Source: a virus (lineage: Duplodnaviria; Caudoviricetes). From it: a DNA stretch of 64,000 bases. The notes beneath the pieces are model-generated. The model searched no databases and had not been told where the DNA came from. It saw only the letters and a program-made list of their open reading frames with translations. Both the position numbers and the translations under genes were made by a program. The DNA lies in IMG/VR virus record IMGVR_UViG_3300028048_000039, positions 192,001 through 256,000 of that record. One strand, written 5' to 3'. Below are positions 59,048 to 64,000 of this stretch, piece by piece (within the stretch, counting starts at the first letter, position 1; each line of letters opens with the position of its first letter).

Positions 59048-59115
59048 CAAGAAACCCCTTTAAAAAAAGGGGTTTTTTAATTTTAATACCTATTTATTAT
59101 AAATACATTTTTATT

Positions 59116-59766
59116 ATGAAGGTAAGAAGAATTATCATCACGAACAAGCAATTGAATGAAGTGATGAAAAGGACTAAAAATGATATAAATGAAGAGAGCA
59201 CCGTTACCATTGCAGCAAAGGCTAAGGGTAACTCACTTACAGATTATTCAACAGCAGCGACAAGTCCTAACACATTGAGTGATATAGAAAAAGCAAAGGC
59301 TGTTGGTGATGTAAATTTAAAGGTTACTGGGCCTAAGGAAGATGATAGCCAGCCAACACAGGAAATTGATGTGGCTGCTGGTGATACTGTGCAGAACGCC
59401 ATATCAACACAAGGTAATACCGCATTAGTACAAAATGGTGGTGCTATTAAGATTACCGGCGATAACTTCGGTGAAGGAAAGGTTTATACAAAGAAGTCTA
59501 TTGAGGAAGCAAGATTGAAGAAGATGAGAATGGAAGGAAAGACATTCACCAAGAAACAACTTAATGAAACATTCCTTCTTGAAGGCTTTATTGAGGATAA
59601 ACTTGACCGTGTCCCAGTTAGAAAAGCCCTTAAAGGGTATGAGGCACTTGGTGGTGTTCCACAAGACTTGGCAACAGAACCAGATATGGCTGCTGTAATA
59701 ATAAGAAAGTATAATGAAGCAACTCCTGAATTACAAAAAGCCTTCATGAATATAATTAATTCTTAA
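59116..59766 (+). CDS. Putative prohead core/internal protein
   Basis: IIITNKQLNE, FTKKQLNE tags; late motif at 59090. Confidence 0.8.
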   Translation: MKVRRIIITNKQLNEVMKRTKNDINEESTVTIAAKAKGNSLTDYSTAATSPNTLSDIEKAKAVGDVNLKVTGPKEDDSQPTQEIDVAAGDTVQNAISTQGNTALVQNGGAIKITGDNFGEGKVYTKKSIEEARLKKMRMEGKTFTKKQLNETFLLEGFIEDKLDRVPVRKALKGYEALGGVPQDLATEPDMAAVIIRKYNEATPELQKAFMNIINS

Positions 59767-61145
59767 TGAGTAAGAGAGGCAATATAGTTAATGAAAACCT
59801 TCTTAAGAGTGGTTTACCTTCTGATATAATGCATTCAATTTATCAGAACCATACTTCCATTGGTAATAATCCTGCAATACCCGATATCTACGGGGTTCCA
59901 TTCTTATATATGGTTGTTAAAAAAGCATTTGATGAAGCAAAGGAAACATTGAAGGAAATTGGGACAATTGATGATGTTGATGGAAAAGGGCCAAAGGAAG
60001 TGCTTTCACAGCTTATAATATTATGTCAGAAGGAGGAAAGGCCGTTCCGTGATAGACTTGAAAAGATTTGTCTTGACCACCTTATTGACATGTTTGGAAT
60101 TCCTGAGGACTCAATGGAGATGACTTTGGAATTGAAAGATAGGATTGAAATCAATAACGAAGTAGTAAATCTTGACCCATCTGATGGCAGCGAAGAAATA
60201 GAATTTAAAGATGTAACCGATGCAAAGGCAATTAAGAAGGATGTGTTTAAGAGGAGAATACTTGACGTCCTCGCAATGGGTTGCGCAATGAACGTTTCTT
60301 CCAACATAAATAACTATAAGGAGGACATTTCCAATGTAAATCCTAAGTTATTGGACCTTTATCATAAGATAATTTCACTTAACACATACCTGCTTTTCGA
60401 GGGTGAAGTTGAATTAACCAATGAAGATAATAAGCAAATTGGAACATGTGAGGTTTTCCTTGGAAGTGAAGAAAATAAGGTAAAATTAATTGCTCAAGGA
60501 ACAATATTTCCGGTACTCCTCTCAGAGGCAATTCGAGGTTGCATCGAACTTTTCATATCACACGGACTTCCAGATGATAAGGATAGGGCGGCGGCCATAT
60601 TAAGTAAGTCAGATTACCTCAAGGCAGAACCTTGGGATATGAGAATTGGGCCTGGATTGTGGAAATTGTTAGAAAATTCATTTAATGACATATCTTTGGA
60701 AGAATTGCCCTATTTATTAAAGAGAATATCTTGTCTTGAACCACAGAAATTTAATTTCTTAATGAAAGAGGTTTTTGCTAAGACAAGGAAGGGAAAAGAT
60801 TTAATGTCAATACTTTGCAAGAAGGCTAAACATGACATTGAGTATGATAAGTTCCTTGATAAGATGGACAAGATGAATAAGGATAAAGGAGTTATAACTG
60901 ACGAATTTATCCACGAAGAAGAACTTTGTTCTATGAAAGAGTCACATGGAGGAAAGAAGCACAATGGCCCAAAGGATGCTGTTGCTGCAATGAAACACGG
61001 TGAGTGGGAAAAGAGAAAGGATTATGTGGGGGATGGTTTTAAATCAAGCGATTCCACTTACAAGAACAGAAAGAACAAGAGAGAAAAGAAAATAAATAAA
61101 AATAATTACGAAGAATTCATTGATGAAGTAATCAGTGAGTTATAA
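59766..61145 (+). CDS. Conserved-looking head-cluster protein (FPVLLSE...AEPWDMRIGP)
   Basis: 459-aa ORF coupled by TAATG. Confidence 0.8.
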   Translation: MSKRGNIVNENLLKSGLPSDIMHSIYQNHTSIGNNPAIPDIYGVPFLYMVVKKAFDEAKETLKEIGTIDDVDGKGPKEVLSQLIILCQKEERPFRDRLEKICLDHLIDMFGIPEDSMEMTLELKDRIEINNEVVNLDPSDGSEEIEFKDVTDAKAIKKDVFKRRILDVLAMGCAMNVSSNINNYKEDISNVNPKLLDLYHKIISLNTYLLFEGEVELTNEDNKQIGTCEVFLGSEENKVKLIAQGTIFPVLLSEAIRGCIELFISHGLPDDKDRAAAILSKSDYLKAEPWDMRIGPGLWKLLENSFNDISLEELPYLLKRISCLEPQKFNFLMKEVFAKTRKGKDLMSILCKKAKHDIEYDKFLDKMDKMNKDKGVITDEFIHEEELCSMKESHGGKKHNGPKDAVAAMKHGEWEKRKDYVGDGFKSSDSTYKNRKNKREKKINKNNYEEFIDEVISEL

Positions 61146-61166
61146 TAAATAATAAGGAGAAATATT

Positions 61167-61394
61167 ATGAAAAAAATGAACGAAAACGGCAACAATTGGA
61201 AAGATAGCAAGTTTGAGGATGAAAGAATAAGAGGGAAAAAGCTTCAGAAACAGGCAAAAGCTCGTGCTCAGAAGAAGAGTGATAAGAACATGAAGAACAA
61301 GTTTAAGGATGAGGCTGATGAGGATAAACTCAATGAGGCTATTAATGAAGCAGTAAGGCAAGTAATAAATAAGTATAAGAAATTGCTTGGATAA
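61167..61394 (+). CDS. Small basic internal head protein
   Basis: Lys-rich, MNE site, LNEAINEAVRQVI tag. Confidence 0.7.
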   Translation: MKKMNENGNNWKDSKFEDERIRGKKLQKQAKARAQKKSDKNMKNKFKDEADEDKLNEAINEAVRQVINKYKKLLG

Positions 61395-61407
61395 TATATA
61401 AAGGACT

Positions 61408-62139
61408 ATGGCAACGAAGGTTAGAGATAATATAGTTGAAATCAAGAAGGGCCAAGAAGGACATGGTCTCCTTATTGAACGAGATGGGTATGTCTCTTCC
61501 GAAGTTGGCAACAATAAACAACTCTTTGAAGCATATAATAAGATGAATGAGGCAGAGGGTGGTGAATTTCATTGCCCATACCCATTTATCGTTGATGCAG
61601 TTTTCCAGAAGTTCGGGATTGAGAACGCTAACGGTAGAATTTATCCCGAAAAGGTACTTAAGAGGGAAGTGGAGAGGTATATGGCCAACGTTAAGGAAAA
61701 GAGAGCCATGGGAGAACTTAATCACCCGCAAGAGCAGGTGATTGACCTTTCACGTGTGGCAATAAATATCGTTGAACTTCATTGGGAAAACCATACACTT
61801 GTTGGTAAATTAGAGGTTATTACAAGCCCAGGTTTTAGAAAGCATGGAATCATTTCATGTCAAGGTGACCAGGTTGCAAACCTCTTACTTCAAGGTTATA
61901 AGATTGGTGTCAGCAGTAGAGGGCTTGGAACCGTTACAAATAACATGGGAGTACTCTATGTTGCTGATGATTATGAGATTGTTTGCTGGGATGTGGTTAG
62001 TGACCCTAGTACGCCAAATGCATGGATTACTGATAGCTATGAGAAGCTTCAACCATTCATTGAAAGCAAAGAAACTGATGATTCAAAACCAAAATTATTT
62101 GAAGAACTTGACAAGTTTAATGAGTGGTTAAGTGATTAA
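61408..62139 (+). CDS. Prohead core protease (T4 gp21-like)
   Basis: NANGRIYP, GELNHP, GVSSRGLG, WDVVSDPSTPNAW are hallmark gp21 motifs. Confidence 0.93.
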   Translation: MATKVRDNIVEIKKGQEGHGLLIERDGYVSSEVGNNKQLFEAYNKMNEAEGGEFHCPYPFIVDAVFQKFGIENANGRIYPEKVLKREVERYMANVKEKRAMGELNHPQEQVIDLSRVAINIVELHWENHTLVGKLEVITSPGFRKHGIISCQGDQVANLLLQGYKIGVSSRGLGTVTNNMGVLYVADDYEIVCWDVVSDPSTPNAWITDSYEKLQPFIESKETDDSKPKLFEELDKFNEWLSD

Positions 62140-62268
62140 ACATCTAAGATTTCTTAAAAATCTAGCAATAATTGTGATAAAATAACACTTTTATTGTGAT
62201 AAAAATAGATTTTTTTGAAATTGAATGATATTTATAAAAAAATAATTTGGAATAATTGTTTTATTGCA

Positions 62269-64000
62269 ATGAAATCAGAAAAGAAAAGCATAGCTTCTCA
62301 GGCCCTAATGGAGATGGATAACATTATATCCACAATAAGGGAAGAGAGCAAGAAGTCACTCGGTAACGTTCTTAAGGAATCTGTAAAGGATGCCCTTAGA
62401 GAGGAATGTGAAGAAGATGACGAAAAGGATTATGAAGTAATAGACGATAAAGATACAAAGAAGAAATCCAAGAAAGATTCTGACGTTGATGAACAAGACC
62501 AGAATGTGGAGGGCGAGGAAGAGGAAATGCCACAGGCAGAACCTCAGCAACCAGCCGCCCCTCAGCAAGCACCTCAAGGACAGGAGGAGACTCCTGCCGA
62601 AGGAGAAGGTGAAGAGGAAGGATGGGATGACTACTCTCAGTATCAAGTAGGTAATGGCGCATATGACCTCACAGGTGAGAATGACTACGACAATGTAGTA
62701 AAGGTTTATAAGCTCCTGAAACCAGAAGACCAGGTTGTTGTCAGAAAAGAAGGCGACACCATTCAGTTGCAGGATACAGCTAATGACACCGAATATGTAA
62801 TCGACCTCGGTGACGAGGACGAGGAGCCAACCGCAGAAGAAGTTGGTGGTGAGGAAGAAAATGAAGCCCCTGTAAATGAATCAACATTACTCGGTCCTGA
62901 TTCAGAGGATTTCGGAGATGAAGACCCTGAGGAACCTGAATTCGATGACGAAGAAGAATTCGATGACGAAGAAGAATTCGACGATGATGAAGACTTTGAC
63001 GACGACGAGGAGTTCGATGATGACCAGGAAGATTACAATGTTGACGACGAGAACTTCGGTTCAGACTTCGACATGTATGAAGGCGCTGCAACTCCAATTG
63101 GTTTCCCAGAGGATGACTTTGAGAATGACGATGATTCAGAATTTGATGATGACGAAGAATTCGACGATGATGAAGACTTTGACGACGACGAGGAGTTCGA
63201 TGATGAACCTGAGAACGACTTTGATAACGAAGAAGAATTCGATGATAATATCGACGATGAAACCTTCGGCTCAGAATATGACTGGGATGAAGATGAACAG
63301 GGAATTTATGAAAACAAAAAATCAAGAAAAGTTATGAAAGAAAACAAAAAGAAACAAGAGGTATTATTCGAGGTAGACCTTGGCTATACCGACAACTACC
63401 AAGATAAGGATGTTATCTCAGGTCTTTCAAACGATGAACCAGCTAAGAGTGGTAAGTCTTGGCATAAGGGCGTTCCTACCGGAACAAAGAAGCCTTGGGC
63501 TGGTCCTTCAGAAAAAGAAGGTAACCCATTTGACAAGACTGTTGATGAATGTGGTGCATTTAGTATGGACAATGCTCCTATTCAGGAAGAAAATGTTCCG
63601 GGAATGGATGGCGAAATGCCGGTAGAGGAGGGTGCAACAACTGTAAGCACTCAGCCGTCAAGAAAGGCTACTAAGCAACACGCCCCTAATGAAAGGAAAA
63701 ACTATCTTCCACAGAAGTCAAAGAAAATTTCTACCGCAGCAGATGGTTATGAAGCCGAAATCAACGAAAGTAAGAAAGTAAAGGCTATAAAGAAAGAAAA
63801 TAAGGAACTGAAAGAAGCTGTCATAGCACTCCGCAAGAACCTTAATGAGGCTTATATTACAAATGTAAACCTTGGCAAGATAACAAAACTTTTCTTGGAA
63901 AACACAACTTCTCATGCTGAGAAGGTAGACATCGTCAATCGCTTCTCAAATGAAGCTAAGACAGTAGAAGACTCTAAGAAACTTTATGAGTCAATAAGCA
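62269..64000 (+). CDS. Prohead scaffold/core protein (gp22-like), partial
   Basis: Reads MKSEKKSIASQAL... at the start and a coiled coil ENKELKEAVIALRKNLNE..N.NL near the edge, with acidic repeats between; directly follows gp21; not in the track because it has no stop in the window. Confidence 0.8.
   Translation, partial: MKSEKKSIASQALMEMDNIISTIREESKKSLGNVLKESVKDALREECEEDDEKDYEVIDDKDTKKKSKKDSDVDEQDQNVEGEEEEMPQAEPQQPAAPQQAPQGQEETPAEGEGEEEGWDDYSQYQVGNGAYDLTGENDYDNVVKVYKLLKPEDQVVVRKEGDTIQLQDTANDTEYVIDLGDEDEEPTAEEVGGEEENEAPVNESTLLGPDSEDFGDEDPEEPEFDDEEEFDDEEEFDDDEDFDDDEEFDDDQEDYNVDDENFGSDFDMYEGAATPIGFPEDDFENDDDSEFDDDEEFDDDEDFDDDEEFDDEPENDFDNEEEFDDNIDDETFGSEYDWDEDEQGIYENKKSRKVMKENKKKQEVLFEVDLGYTDNYQDKDVISGLSNDEPAKSGKSWHKGVPTGTKKPWAGPSEKEGNPFDKTVDECGAFSMDNAPIQEENVPGMDGEMPVEEGATTVSTQPSRKATKQHAPNERKNYLPQKSKKISTAADGYEAEINESKKVKAIKKENKELKEAVIALRKNLNEAYITNVNLGKITKLFLENTTSHAEKVDIVNRFSNEAKTVEDSKKLYESIS

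Larger units (their letters stand above)
19319..62235 (+). promoter_or_regulatory. Late-promoter motif CTATTTAT
   Basis: Plus-strand copies at 19319, 24394, 35120, 40124, 48637, 50610, 56680, 59090 (variant 62228); minus-strand copies at 19205 and 23817; each about 15-45 nt before a start codon. Confidence 0.8.

Noticed and set aside
1-64000. Stop-codon recoding (TAG to Gln, as in Lak and some crAss-like phages)
   Set aside because: Long genes are intact in code 11, coding density is high, and TAG ends several genes at sensible boundaries (for example 4137, 8197, 17912)

Overview
A 64-kb segment of a large T4-like (jumbo) dsDNA phage, in the standard genetic code. The host is most likely Bacteroidota: there are five correctly spaced TTTG-N19/20-TATATTTG promoters and a Bacteroidota-style lipoprotein. 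The window has two regimes. (1) About 1-17 kb, minus strand: tRNA-Leu, a tRNA-like RNA with a 55-nt anticodon-loop insert, and about 25 small, mostly acidic genes built as cassettes. Most have their own sigma54-type (-24/-12) or ECF-like promoter, a shared leader and a perfect AGGAGGT Shine-Dalgarno. This block also holds candidate ncRNAs and a DUF262-HNH nuclease next to an EcoRI-family adenine methyltransferase. The methyltransferase 3' end lies in a 243-bp segment bounded by perfect 18-bp inverted repeats, and the opposite strand of that segment encodes a complete alternative C-terminus. This looks like a phase-variable (invertible) specificity switch and is the top finding. (2) About 17.5-64 kb: largely SD-less genes. 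Housekeeping-type genes are RecD2, UvrD-like helicase, amidase, Hsp20, IF-1, AAA ATPase, ClpC-like, SprT-like and KTSC-SLOG. Late genes sit behind a CTATTTAT motif: multi-domain probable internal-head (poly)proteins punctuated by xNE protease sites and a shared helical tag, a probable -1 frameshift fusion, the gp21-like prohead protease and a partial gp22-like scaffold. All calls were made by eye; no database searches were run.
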